Virus record (IMG/VR): IMGVR_UViG_3300028197_000002
Source of the DNA: a virus
Lineage: Duplodnaviria > Caudoviricetes
DNA: 64,000 bases
Strand: one strand, 5' to 3'
Shown here: piece by piece, positions 19,320 to 29,085 of the stretch
How the letters are laid out: every line of letters starts with the position of its first letter
How positions within the stretch are numbered: the stretch's first letter is position 1
Position numbers and translations under genes: made by a program
Notes under the pieces: generated by a model
Databases searched by the model: none
The model's input: only the letters and a program-made list of their open reading frames with translations
What the model was told of the DNA's origin: nothing

Positions 19320-19472
19320 TTATTTTCTAATAACGCTGGCTACTGAGTTCCACATAACTATTAGCAAAGATATGTAAAGAGCGGGGTGGCACATAACGAG
19401 CGCAAACGTAGTGACTATAAGTAAAATAAATGGAGAAACTTTAGGTGCTTCTATAGGTTCATATCTTTTCAT
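19320..19472 (-). CDS. Small membrane protein (50 aa; below the ORF-track cutoff)
   Basis: MKRYEPIEAPKVSPFILLIVTTFALVMCHPALYISLLIVMWNSVASVIRK. Confidence 0.45.
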   Translation of the reverse strand: MKRYEPIEAPKVSPFILLIVTTFALVMCHPALYISLLIVMWNSVASVIRK

Positions 19473-19637
19473 TAACTAATACTAAGCCTGTTTTAGGCAG
19501 ACTTTTAAGCTATCATCTAGATGATATATTTTTTCTATTATCTTTTTCACTAAAATTTAAAGCATCTCAAAAATAAATTAGTAAGATAATTCATTTTTTC
19601 TTGCTTTAAATTTTAGATTTGATTCATAAATAATCAC

Positions 19638-20222
19638 ATGGAATTTAAAGCATTTGTATCGGAAATAGAGACGGACTCAATGAAATTGTTAGGTGATTTT
19701 CAAATTAGTGAAAACTTAAAGTATCACTTAGAAAACAACTTGTCTCTATGTAATAATATTTTCAGAGTCGGAAGTGATTCTTACTTTGATTTAATAAAAG
19801 AAATCAAATCACTTTATTACGAAAACAAAGTTGCTTTAAATGATGACGATTTTGGTCTTTTAGAGACTGATCTTTGTGAGATTTTTGAAAACGGAGATGA
19901 ATTAATTTATTTAGATTTGCCTGTGCTTATTGGTGAAGCTGAATATAAAGGGAAAAAAGTAAAGTTAAATAATCCTTCAAGAACTCCCGGAGGTCCAAAG
20001 AAATTTAAGGTTTATGTGAAAGGCAAAAATGGTAAAATAAAAATTGTCAGGTTCGGAGATCCTAATTTAAAAATAAAAAACATGAACCCTAGTAGATCTA
20101 AAAGTTTTAGAGCTAGGCATAAGTGTTCTGAAAAAAAAGATCGTACTACTCCGGGATATTGGTCGTGCAACATAGCTAGATATGCCAAAATGGTTGGCCT
20201 CTCCAGCTCTAATCCATGGTGA
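19638..20222 (+). CDS. Conserved phage protein (GPKKFKVYV..RFGDP..SFRARHKC..GYWSC domain)
   Basis: Motif recognised; CATAAATA immediately upstream. Confidence 0.7.
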   Translation: MEFKAFVSEIETDSMKLLGDFQISENLKYHLENNLSLCNNIFRVGSDSYFDLIKEIKSLYYENKVALNDDDFGLLETDLCEIFENGDELIYLDLPVLIGEAEYKGKKVKLNNPSRTPGGPKKFKVYVKGKNGKIKIVRFGDPNLKIKNMNPSRSKSFRARHKCSEKKDRTTPGYWSCNIARYAKMVGLSSSNPW

Positions 20223-20225
20223 AAA

Positions 20226-20846
20226 ATGACAGCAGCTTATTATTTGAAAGATATTCGTGCCCATGAACCAGCCGAGTATTATGATTTGCTTTGCAAAAAC
20301 ACAAATTTTAGCTGGAAGGCATCAGGCTGGGAATCTGAAGAAGATCAATACGGAAGATTTTTACTAACTTCTTCTATCATTAAAAAAGAGTCCTCGGTCT
20401 TAGATGTGGGTTGTGGGCAAGGAGATTTGTTCACTTTTCTTGAACAAAGAATGTCAACTAAGCCATTTTCATACACCGGAATTGATGCAAGTGAAAAGAT
20501 GATAGAGATTGCAAAGTCTAAGCATCCTGATGTTCATTTTTCTTGTGTGGATTTTTTAAAGTTAAAAGAAGAGCAGAAGTATGATCATGTTTTTGCTTTA
20601 GGCACGTTTAGTCTCAAGGCTTTAGATCAAGAATCATACATTAATTCTTGTATATCTAAATGCTTTAGATTAACTAATCACACTTGCACAATAACAATAA
20701 CATCAGAAACATCAGAATCAAAATATAACGAGATATTTTATTATAAAGTTTCTGATGTTGCCAAAGTCGCTTCTTCTTTGAGTAAGAAAATTGTCATAAA
20801 CACTGCTTCCTCTCCTTGTGAAATAATTTTAACTCTTTATAAATGA
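20226..20846 (+). CDS. Class I SAM-dependent methyltransferase
   Basis: SVLDVGCGQGD, YTGIDAS, YDHVFALGTF. Confidence 0.88.
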   Translation: MTAAYYLKDIRAHEPAEYYDLLCKNTNFSWKASGWESEEDQYGRFLLTSSIIKKESSVLDVGCGQGDLFTFLEQRMSTKPFSYTGIDASEKMIEIAKSKHPDVHFSCVDFLKLKEEQKYDHVFALGTFSLKALDQESYINSCISKCFRLTNHTCTITITSETSESKYNEIFYYKVSDVAKVASSLSKKIVINTASSPCEIILTLYK

Positions 20847-21214
20847 AAGTTTTTATGCCTTATATAAATAAAGATGATAGAAAATTAGTAGACGATAAGA
20901 TAAATGAAATTTCTTCTACGATATTAAGAATGAGAAATAGAGATTTTTTGTCTGTCGCTGGCATCTTAAATTATTCAATAACAAGAATTTGTTCTAAAGT
21001 AATGGGCAATTTAAATTATGGCAATATCGTCATAGTGACAGGATTGTTGGAAAATGTAAAACAAGAGTTCTACAGGCGTATTGCTTCTCCGTATGAAAAT
21101 GAGAAAATAACTCAAAATGGCGACGTGGAGGAGTATTCTGTCTTTGAAAAAAAATCTCAAAATATTTTTTTTAAAGAGTCAGCGAATCCTGATTCTTATT
21201 TAGAGAAAATGTAA
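20843..21214 (+). CDS. Conserved phage hypothetical protein
   Basis: MPYI..GILNYSIT..LENVKQEFYRRIASPYENEKI..NGDV. Confidence 0.7.
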   Translation: MKVFMPYINKDDRKLVDDKINEISSTILRMRNRDFLSVAGILNYSITRICSKVMGNLNYGNIVIVTGLLENVKQEFYRRIASPYENEKITQNGDVEEYSVFEKKSQNIFFKESANPDSYLEKM

Positions 21215-21294
21215 GCAAATCCTCTTTCGTTCTTCTTTTAAAGTCATTATAATGATCAAGGTAATTCTATGAATAGAAAAGAAATGGCTTTTAG

Positions 21295-22326
21295 ATGAAA
21301 TTGACCGAAGAACAAAAATTTGCTCTTAAAAAAGTAGTAAAATTTAAAAATAATGTTCAGACAATTGGCGGTTATGCTGGAACCGGTAAAACTGTTTTGA
21401 TAAGAAATTTATTTGAACTTCTCCCCAACTTCTCTTTTTGTGCTTATACGGGCAAAGCAACTAATGTGTTAAGAAAAAAAGGCATAGAAACTGCTCAAAC
21501 GATTCACAGCTTGATTTATTCTGCTCATGAAATTGATGGTCAAGTTTATTTTAGTTTGATTCCTGATTTGGATTGCGATGGAATCGTTGTTGATGAAGCC
21601 TCGATGGTTAGTGAAGAGATCTATAAAGACTTATTATCTTTCAACAAGCCCATTATTTTTGTTGGAGATCACGGGCAGCTTGAGCCAGTAGGCGATAAGT
21701 TTAACCTGATGCAAGATCCTGATTTTAAATTAGAGCACATTCACAGAAACGCAGGCGAAATTGCTCATTTTGCAGAATTCATAAGAAATGGATATCGGCC
21801 TGCTTCTTGGGAGCATAGGTATCCTTGCAAAAATGTTAAATTTGTAAAAAACTACAAAGATCACGTTTCTGATGTCGACCAAGTAATTTGCGCTTTTAAC
21901 AACACTAGAGTTTCTATAAACAAGCTGGTTAGGAAAAATCTTGGTAAAAATGTTGATATTCCTGAAATTAGCGATAAAGTAATTTGTTTAAGAAATAATT
22001 CAAAAGAGAAAATATTTAATGGAATGATTGGTTGGATAGGATGGTTTTATAATAAACATGTTATTGAGTTTGTGACAGAGGATAATTTTTCTTGTAAAGT
22101 TCCTCTTGATTTAAAGTGCTTCAATAAAGCGCGTTATGAGTTTGAGTTTGAAAAAGATTCCCCAAATCCTTTTGATTATGCTTATGCAATTACTTGTCAT
22201 AAGGCTCAAGGAGATGAGTTTGATAGTATATTGGTAGTAGAGCAATCATCTAGTTCTTGGGATCATGTTAGATGGTGTTACACAGCGGCTTCAAGAGCGA
22301 AAAAATCTATTGTTTGGTGTTGTTAG
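21295..22326 (+). CDS. RecD/Dda-like SF1B helicase
   Basis: GGYAGTGKT, AQTIHS, VVDEASM, VGDHGQLEPV, YAITCHKAQG, YTAASRAK. Confidence 0.92.
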   Translation: MKLTEEQKFALKKVVKFKNNVQTIGGYAGTGKTVLIRNLFELLPNFSFCAYTGKATNVLRKKGIETAQTIHSLIYSAHEIDGQVYFSLIPDLDCDGIVVDEASMVSEEIYKDLLSFNKPIIFVGDHGQLEPVGDKFNLMQDPDFKLEHIHRNAGEIAHFAEFIRNGYRPASWEHRYPCKNVKFVKNYKDHVSDVDQVICAFNNTRVSINKLVRKNLGKNVDIPEISDKVICLRNNSKEKIFNGMIGWIGWFYNKHVIEFVTEDNFSCKVPLDLKCFNKARYEFEFEKDSPNPFDYAYAITCHKAQGDEFDSILVVEQSSSSWDHVRWCYTAASRAKKSIVWCC

Positions 22327-23459
22327 TCTTGTCTGATTAGATAGCTTTCGCTTAAGAATTTTTCTTGTGATTTTGTTATTTCTCTTGGAGTTTGTTTCAA
22401 GAAATCTGTGCCTTGATTAGTTTCGTATTCTAATGCTATTTTAAATGTTTCATCAAGAAGTTGAAGTTTTTCATTTTTAATTCGCCAATATTTTAGAGGA
22501 TACTTATCACTTATGATTTCGCCTGTTGAACTTAGTTTTACTATATTTGAATTTATTTCGTTTAAATGAGGATTCTTATCATTTGAAAGTTTTAATGTAA
22601 GTAAATATTCTATTTCACTAAATTCATTTTCTAATACATTTTCTTTTAATTTAATTAGTTCTACTATTTCTTTTATTTTTGGGTTTCTATTTGGACATAT
22701 GTTGTGAATGTGAAAAATCCAACCCGAAAGGTAATCCTGTAATAGGCTTCCTTGAGAATCAATTAAGCTTGTTTGAATTCCGTGTATGCCTGTAACTTTA
22801 CATAAATTAAAAAACAGTTGGTCAGTAAACCCGTCAGCGATCATAGATCTTTCTTGAATTACATATTCGAATTTTTCAACTACTTCAGATATTGTTTTAT
22901 TTGAACAAATTAAAATTTCGTGTTCATGAGCAAGATTGTGATCTTTGCATTTGTTTACTTCTACATTTGATTTTGTTTTAGATTTTACATATTCTATTTT
23001 TTTGTACAAGTCATGTCTTTCAAGAATTTTTCTAGTTAACTCTACGTTTCCATGTGACAATTTAGAAATGAATAGATATTCTTTTTCTGCATTGTGACGA
23101 TTGAGAAAATTCATCATTGAATCTATATCTGTAGATGTGTCGTCATCTATTTTCACTATCCATTTTGAATTTTCGTAAAATTCTTTTTTTAAATAAAAAT
23201 TATAAACTTTTGCTGCTGGATGGTCCCAATTATGTTCTAAGTATTTTAAATCTATGTTCTCATTTTCATGATATCTTGAAAAATGCTTATTTAATTCTTC
23301 TTGAGATCTTATTTCTGTACCTGTAAGAAAACACAATAAAATTTTATTTTGATTGCAATTTACAATTCCCACCTCGTTGAATTGTTTGATTCTTTTAGAA
23401 TCTCTCATGTGAACGGGCAGGAAGATTGTTGCGTCATATTTGTAATTTTTAGTTTCCAT
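22323..23459 (-). CDS. Putative glycosyltransferase (GT-A, DDD motif)
   Basis: WIVKIDDDT resembles galactosyltransferase/Fringe-like DxD context. Confidence 0.45.
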   Translation of the reverse strand: METKNYKYDATIFLPVHMRDSKRIKQFNEVGIVNCNQNKILLCFLTGTEIRSQEELNKHFSRYHENENIDLKYLEHNWDHPAAKVYNFYLKKEFYENSKWIVKIDDDTSTDIDSMMNFLNRHNAEKEYLFISKLSHGNVELTRKILERHDLYKKIEYVKSKTKSNVEVNKCKDHNLAHEHEILICSNKTISEVVEKFEYVIQERSMIADGFTDQLFFNLCKVTGIHGIQTSLIDSQGSLLQDYLSGWIFHIHNICPNRNPKIKEIVELIKLKENVLENEFSEIEYLLTLKLSNDKNPHLNEINSNIVKLSSTGEIISDKYPLKYWRIKNEKLQLLDETFKIALEYETNQGTDFLKQTPREITKSQEKFLSESYLIRQD

Positions 23460-23463
23460 AATC

Positions 23464-23472
23464 TATAATAGT
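23464..23472. promoter_or_regulatory. TATAATAGT motif in a 17-nt divergent spacer
   Basis: Reads TATAAT on + and TATTAT on -; recurs at 35984, 41625, 48182, 50789, 61350. Confidence 0.6.
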
Positions 23473-23476
23473 TATT

Positions 23477-24217
23477 ATGAGCGGATTTGATACCATTATT
23501 ACAGGAACAGGGCGATGTGGCACTGGTTATTTTGCCAAGCTTTTGAATAGTATGGGAATTTTATGCGGCCATGAATCTGTTTTTAATTTAAATGGAGTGA
23601 AAATAGCTAAAAAAAGAATTTCAGGAGAAGTTCCTTTTGTAATAAGTTGCACTTGTGGCGCTCAATTCACTGGAAAAGCACACAAAGAAACATGCATGTC
23701 AAATATTTTGAAAGAAATAAAAGGCAAAAGTCTTAATGCCGATTCCAGTTATATGTCAGCGCCTTTCTTAGATGATGAAATTTTTAAAAATTATAATTTT
23801 ATTCATGTTTTGAGAAATCCTTATGATGTGATAAAATCATTTGCACAAGTCGCTAATTATTTTAAAAAAGAAAATAGTCCACTTCATTCGATTGGTTTTG
23901 AAAATTTTATAAAGTCTCATTTAGGCATTGTTTATGATAATGACTTCGATCCAGCAGACAGAGGTTTTTTGTATTATGTTGGTTGGAATAAAATGATTAA
24001 AGACAAAACTCATAATCGAAAAACACTAGTTTATAGAGTGGAAGAAAATGATGAAAATAAAATTTTAGATTTTTTAAATAAAAATAGTTGTGATTTAAAT
24101 TTAAAGAATGAAAAAATAAATCATTGGAAAAACTACAAGATTGATGAGCCTCTTGAATTTAAGGTCTTTGAAAAAGATTTTAACCAGCTTTTGATAGAAT
24201 ATAAGGATTTTTGTTGA
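23477..24217 (+). CDS. Sulfotransferase-like P-loop protein
   Basis: ITGTGRCGTGY..GHE..IHVLRNPYDVIKS. Confidence 0.7.
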   Translation: MSGFDTIITGTGRCGTGYFAKLLNSMGILCGHESVFNLNGVKIAKKRISGEVPFVISCTCGAQFTGKAHKETCMSNILKEIKGKSLNADSSYMSAPFLDDEIFKNYNFIHVLRNPYDVIKSFAQVANYFKKENSPLHSIGFENFIKSHLGIVYDNDFDPADRGFLYYVGWNKMIKDKTHNRKTLVYRVEENDENKILDFLNKNSCDLNLKNEKINHWKNYKIDEPLEFKVFEKDFNQLLIEYKDFC

Positions 24218-25128
24218 TGAAATGCTTAGTTACAGGTGCAGATGGTTTGTTGGGAAGTGCTTTTAGAAAAGCGCTGGGTAATGATCATATTTTTTTAACT
24301 AGGAAGAAATGTAATCTTTTGGATTCGGCAGAAGTTGACAATTTCTTTAATTTAAATAAAAAAAACTTTGACACTGTAATTCATTGTGCGGGTGTAGTTG
24401 GTGGCGTTTTTGCAAACATGAATGCAAACAAAGAGTTTTTTGATCAAAATTATATAATAAATAGAAATGTTTTAGAAAGTTCTTACAAATCTGATGTTGA
24501 TAATTTAGTTTCTGTTTTGTCTACTTGTGTTTTTCCTGATAATGTTGAATACCCTTTGACTCCTGATAAGATTAATTTAGGTCCTCCTCATGAATCTAAT
24601 CGAGGATATTCCTATGCTAAAAGGTTCTTATTTCATCAAACAAACATGTTTGGCAAGTTTCTAAATAAAAATTGGTATTCTGTAATACCAACGAACATGT
24701 ATGGTGAAAATGATTATTTTGATTTAGAAAAAAGTCACTTGATCCCAGCTTTAATTAGAAAAGCTCATGAATCTTCTAAAAATGAAAGTGATTTTGTTGT
24801 TTGGGGAGATGGAAGTCCTTTGAGGCAATTTGTGAAGTCTGATGATGCGGCCAATTTGATTTTATGGTCTATTGATAATTGGAAAAAAGATCGTCCATTT
24901 ATGCTTGTTGATAAAAAAGAATATGCAATAAAAGATGTTGTTAGAATAATAGCGGATAAGTTCAACATTCCAGAGCATAAAGTGAAGTATAATTCTTTAA
25001 AGCCGAATGGTCAGTTCAGAAAAACAGCGGCATCAGATTGTGAACATTATGATTTCGTTTCTTTGGAAGATGGAATATCAAACACAATAGATTGGTATGT
25101 TACTAATGATTCAGTGATAAGAAAATGA
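24217..25128 (+). CDS. fcl: GDP-L-fucose synthase
   Basis: VTGADGLLG, HCAGVVGG, LSTCVFP, YSYAKR, PTNMYG, SHLIPAL, VWGDGSPLRQF. Confidence 0.9.
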   Translation: MKCLVTGADGLLGSAFRKALGNDHIFLTRKKCNLLDSAEVDNFFNLNKKNFDTVIHCAGVVGGVFANMNANKEFFDQNYIINRNVLESSYKSDVDNLVSVLSTCVFPDNVEYPLTPDKINLGPPHESNRGYSYAKRFLFHQTNMFGKFLNKNWYSVIPTNMYGENDYFDLEKSHLIPALIRKAHESSKNESDFVVWGDGSPLRQFVKSDDAANLILWSIDNWKKDRPFMLVDKKEYAIKDVVRIIADKFNIPEHKVKYNSLKPNGQFRKTAASDCEHYDFVSLEDGISNTIDWYVTNDSVIRK

Positions 25129-25850
25129 AAATTAAGCCTTACATATTTAACTATTGTAGATATTTTGAATCTTTTGATCTTTTGAATAGTTTCGAGTCAA
25201 AAGGATTAGAGGCAAAAGTTATAGATTGTTATTGCCAAAACAACTCTGATGTCCTGAAAAAATTGAGCTTTGAAAATAAACGAGTAATTTCTTTGCCTAA
25301 TGTTGGTTATTCTGGTCAATGGAATGCAATGTTAAATGACTTGAATGGTGAAGATGAAGTTGTTTTGTTGATTAATTCCGATGTGCAAATTTTGAATTTA
25401 GATCTTCTGTTGGAAAGAATGGAAAGGTTTTATTCAATTGAAAATTCTGGCATTTACGCTCCAAATGTTAATTGGACAAGTTGGACTTTTTTAAAAAAAA
25501 GTCTTGATAAGTTTGAAGACTTTCACATAGTTCCAGCCACAGATAGTATGATTTGGAGTTTAAGAAAAGACATTGCTTTTAAAGTTGGAGAAGTTGATCT
25601 TAGTGTCAATAAGTGGGGATGGGGAATAGAAGTTGTTGCTTCTTATTTGTGCAATATAGAAAATAAACTTGTTGTTAGAGATTACGAAGTTCTTTGCAAA
25701 CATCCCAGAAACACTTCGTATTCTAATACTGCATCTAGAATTCAAATGGACAATTGGTTCGACTCTTTTGAGTTCTCAGAAGATCTTTGGAAGCACTTTT
25801 ACTCTAGAAATAATTATGGATTTAAGAGTGGAGGAATTACTCTTCTATAA
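25125..25850 (+). CDS. Putative GT2-like glycosyltransferase
   Basis: NVGYSGQWN..LLINSDV..WGWGIE. Confidence 0.6.
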   Translation: MKIKPYIFNYCRYFESFDLLNSFESKGLEAKVIDCYCQNNSDVLKKLSFENKRVISLPNVGYSGQWNAMLNDLNGEDEVVLLINSDVQILNLDLLLERMERFYSIENSGIYAPNVNWTSWTFLKKSLDKFEDFHIVPATDSMIWSLRKDIAFKVGEVDLSVNKWGWGIEVVASYLCNIENKLVVRDYEVLCKHPRNTSYSNTASRIQMDNWFDSFEFSEDLWKHFYSRNNYGFKSGGITLL

Positions 25851-26033
25851 AACTTTACTAGCATAAGCATTGCGCAAGGTAACTAAAAAATTCCAAGAAA
25901 ACGCAACAATTAAAAAGATATAGCTAAAGCCAAAGATCAATACGACAAAAGTTAAAATAAAAATAAATTGTGCTGGAATAGTTGGGATCATAACACAATT
26001 TAATTTTTTTCTAATACAAAATCCACAAAACAC
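25845..26033 (-). CDS. Possible small membrane protein
   Basis: Hydrophobic IFILTFVVLIFGFSYIFLIVAFSW; start uncertain (ATG 25991 possible). Confidence 0.4.
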   Translation of the reverse strand: MFCGFCIRKKLNCVMIPTIPAQFIFILTFVVLIFGFSYIFLIVAFSWNFLVTLRNAYASKVL

Positions 26034-26935
26034 ATTTCCATTTGCATTTCTGGAAAACTGTTCATTTCGAATTTTTTAAGTATCTTGCTTTTAAATATGG
26101 AATTATTTTTGAAAAAGTCTTCTACTTTTTCTTTTTCTATGTTTTCTGAAATTATTTTCATTTTACATTGTTCTACTAATTCTTTATAGGTGCTAACAGG
26201 CCGATAAACTTCAAGAGAGTTATCTATTTCCACACCCAGTTCTTCCATTTCTTTTTGATTTAATACAAGATGAGCAAAGGCTTTATTTAGTTTTCTGTAT
26301 ATATGTCCACCATGTCTTGAACACCAAGGATGAAAACGTATGTGTATTTTTCCATTGGGTTTAAGCAAGCTTTTTGCTGTTGATATTAAATCTATTGGAT
26401 GTATTTCTTCTATATGATCTATAACATCGTAAATTAGAATTGTATCATAAGGAGCATTTTTCTTAACTTTGTCCTTATCTCTTGTCAAAAGAAAATTTTT
26501 ATTTTCTTGTTCCCAATTTAATTGTCCTTTTTGGTGCAGATCATATCCTACGGCAAAGGAAGCTTTTTCATTTGAAGCGGCAAGCACAGTGTGTCCTTCG
26601 CCACAGCCAATATCTAGAAACTTTTTTCCAACAAGTTCATCATCTACGAAAAAGTTAACAATTCCTTCTGCTCGCTCAAGCTTATCTTCTTCTGAATCTT
26701 CATCTAATATTTGATAGTGACCGATAGCTTCAGGCCAATCGGAAGAGTTTAATAGATCTAAGATAGACGTTTCTTCAGGAGGATTTTCTACTATGGAAGC
26801 GCCTTGAATAACAACGTTTTCTTCCTCTATACATCTTTCTAAGAGATCAAGATTTTTGTCTAAAATATTTATTTTTTGTCTAATATCGGTGATGTTATTT
26901 TTTGTTAAGTATATTAAGTTTAATATTTCTTCCAT
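26000..26935 (-). CDS. Class I SAM methyltransferase (paralog of 48228-49118)
   Basis: KFLDIGCGEGH, YDVIDH, HPWCSRHGGH. Confidence 0.85.
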   Translation of the reverse strand: MEEILNLIYLTKNNITDIRQKINILDKNLDLLERCIEEENVVIQGASIVENPPEETSILDLLNSSDWPEAIGHYQILDEDSEEDKLERAEGIVNFFVDDELVGKKFLDIGCGEGHTVLAASNEKASFAVGYDLHQKGQLNWEQENKNFLLTRDKDKVKKNAPYDTILIYDVIDHIEEIHPIDLISTAKSLLKPNGKIHIRFHPWCSRHGGHIYRKLNKAFAHLVLNQKEMEELGVEIDNSLEVYRPVSTYKELVEQCKMKIISENIEKEKVEDFFKNNSIFKSKILKKFEMNSFPEMQMEMCFVDFVLEKN

Positions 26936-26951
26936 TTTACTACTTTATTTT

Positions 26952-27407
26952 ATGAATAGTTACAATAGCTTTATAACAGACAATGAGGCCTATAGACATA
27001 TATTAGTTAATATCGTAAAAAACTTGAGCCATATTCAGGTTTTAAACTCCAAGCTAGTAACGTCAGGCCGTGCTGTCGCTCATCTTATGAATTTTAAAAA
27101 TTATAAAAATTTAAATATTGGCGAATGCTTTTTTGATTCTGTTATGATTTCCTTAGAAGAAATAGATGACGACTGGCCCAAAAATATTTTTGTGATAAGT
27201 GATAATCTTAAAAAAAACCAAAGCCAGATTCAGCAATGGTTGAATTTTGAAAAACAGATGTGTGTTTTTGAGGATTATGCAAACTTTTATATTTTTACAA
27301 ATGAAAATGTAAAATTTGATCACCCAAGACTGAAAGTTTTTGATTTAAGTGATTCTGAAGATGAAATTTATAAAATTTTAAAAGAGGAGGATGTTTTTAA
27401 TGGTTAG
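26952..27407 (+). CDS. Hypothetical protein
   Basis: Start refined to ATG 26952, 16 nt from the divergent start. Confidence 0.6.
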   Translation: MNSYNSFITDNEAYRHILVNIVKNLSHIQVLNSKLVTSGRAVAHLMNFKNYKNLNIGECFFDSVMISLEEIDDDWPKNIFVISDNLKKNQSQIQQWLNFEKQMCVFEDYANFYIFTNENVKFDHPRLKVFDLSDSEDEIYKILKEEDVFNG

Positions 27408-28194
27408 TGTAAAAACTGTGAAACCTATAGCTATATCTCCTTTTTCAAAAAGCAGAGTTGATATCATCATACCTTTTCACTCTCAATATGATAAAGTTAC
27501 TTCTTTAGTAAAAAGCATATTGTTTTCTGTTAAAAGCAATCCTTATCAAATAACTTTGGTAGATGATTGTTCTGATAACAAAGATTTTCACAAGGAGATT
27601 CATAATCAATTTAAGCCTGAAGAAAGAAGTATATTTAAACCTATTGTTCGTTGTATAAGAAATGAAAAACAACTGGGATTTGGAGGTTCTCTGCAAGCTG
27701 GGTTCGAAAACACAAGCTTGCCTTGGGTTCTTTTCATGCACTCTGATTGTTTTGTAGAAGATCCTAATTTCATGCTAGAGATGGGCAGGTCTTTACTAAG
27801 TTGGAGAGATCAAAAGGTTCCTGTTAAAATGGTTTCTGCTTGTTCTAATAATTCAGGTGATTGTTCTCTTGCTAAAAAAGATAAAAAAGATGTTGAAGGA
27901 AAAGATTTGATATTAGAAGAAGGTTCTCTACCTTTGTTTTGTTCAATGTGTCATAGAGATCTGTTTGGACATATACAAGGGTTCATAAAGCCTTATCCTT
28001 ATGCTTGGTATGAAGGTGAAGAGCTTGCTTTTAGAATGAAGAGATTTAGATTTCAACAAGGCGTTTCAGGAAAGTCTTGGATTAGACATCAAGGAGCAGC
28101 AACAATTAAATATCTTTGGAAAAAAGATAAAACTGGCGAAATTAAAAAAATAATGGAGCAGAATAGAGAACTTTGCATACAGGACATGAAATAG
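27400..28194 (+). CDS. GT2 family glycosyltransferase
   Basis: DIIIPF, TLVDDCS, LGFGGSLQAG, FMHSD; GAGGAGG RBS. Confidence 0.85.
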   Translation: MVSVKTVKPIAISPFSKSRVDIIIPFHSQYDKVTSLVKSILFSVKSNPYQITLVDDCSDNKDFHKEIHNQFKPEERSIFKPIVRCIRNEKQLGFGGSLQAGFENTSLPWVLFMHSDCFVEDPNFMLEMGRSLLSWRDQKVPVKMVSACSNNSGDCSLAKKDKKDVEGKDLILEEGSLPLFCSMCHRDLFGHIQGFIKPYPYAWYEGEELAFRMKRFRFQQGVSGKSWIRHQGAATIKYLWKKDKTGEIKKIMEQNRELCIQDMK

Positions 28195-29085
28195 ATGAAA
28201 GCGTTAGTTACTGGTGGAGCTGGATTTATAGGAAGTCATATTGTTGATTTACTTATAGAATCTGGCCATGAAGTAATCGTTTTAGACAATTTGTCTTCAG
28301 GTAAAATAGAAAATTTAAATAAAAAAGCCAAGTTTGTTGAAATGGATCTTCTATCAGATCAAATTGTTTGGAACGACGGAAGGTCAAAGTATTTTGAAGA
28401 CGTAGATGCAGTCTTTCATGTAGCAGCAATGCCTAGAGTTCAGCCATCTATTGAAGATCCTTTGGGTTCAAATAGACAGAATGTTGAAGCCACTTTGAGA
28501 GTTTTGGAATATTGTAGAAAAAACAACGTAAGAAGGTTTGTTTTTAGTTCTTCTAGTAGCGTTTACGGTGACGCTGAGAAGCTTCCTACGGACGAATTGT
28601 GTGCAATATGCCCAATGAGTCCATATGCTCTTCAAAAGCTTGTAGGAGAGCAGTATTGTAATCTATATGGCAAGTTATATGATTTGGAGACAGTCTGCCT
28701 TAGATATTTTAATGTCTATGGAGAAAGGATGTCGGATGATGACTTGGCATATTCAACAGTAGTAAGTGTTTTTAATAAGCAAAAAGAACAAGGATTGCCT
28801 CTTACTATAAACGGCACAGGAGAACAACGCCGAGATTTTATTTATGTTAAAGATGTTGCAAGAATGAATTTGATAGCAATGGAGCATAAAGATTTAGGAA
28901 ATGGAGAAGTTGTCAATGTTGGCTCAGGCAAAAATTATTCTGTAAATCAAATAGCTGAAAATTTCAATTCCGAAGTCATCTACAGACCAGTTGTTTTAGA
29001 GCCAAAGGAAACTTTGTCTTGTGTAGATAAAGCAAAGTCTTTCGGGTGGAATCCAACAGTGGATTTAATGGATTGGTTGAAATGA
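28195..29085 (+). CDS. NAD-dependent epimerase/dehydratase (UDP-sugar 4-epimerase-like)
   Basis: VTGGAGFIGSH, FSSSSSVYG, SPYALQK, LRYFNVYG, RDFIYVKD. Confidence 0.92.
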   Translation: MKALVTGGAGFIGSHIVDLLIESGHEVIVLDNLSSGKIENLNKKAKFVEMDLLSDQIVWNDGRSKYFEDVDAVFHVAAMPRVQPSIEDPLGSNRQNVEATLRVLEYCRKNNVRRFVFSSSSSVYGDAEKLPTDELCAICPMSPYALQKLVGEQYCNLYGKLYDLETVCLRYFNVYGERMSDDDLAYSTVVSVFNKQKEQGLPLTINGTGEQRRDFIYVKDVARMNLIAMEHKDLGNGEVVNVGSGKNYSVNQIAENFNSEVIYRPVVLEPKETLSCVDKAKSFGWNPTVDLMDWLK

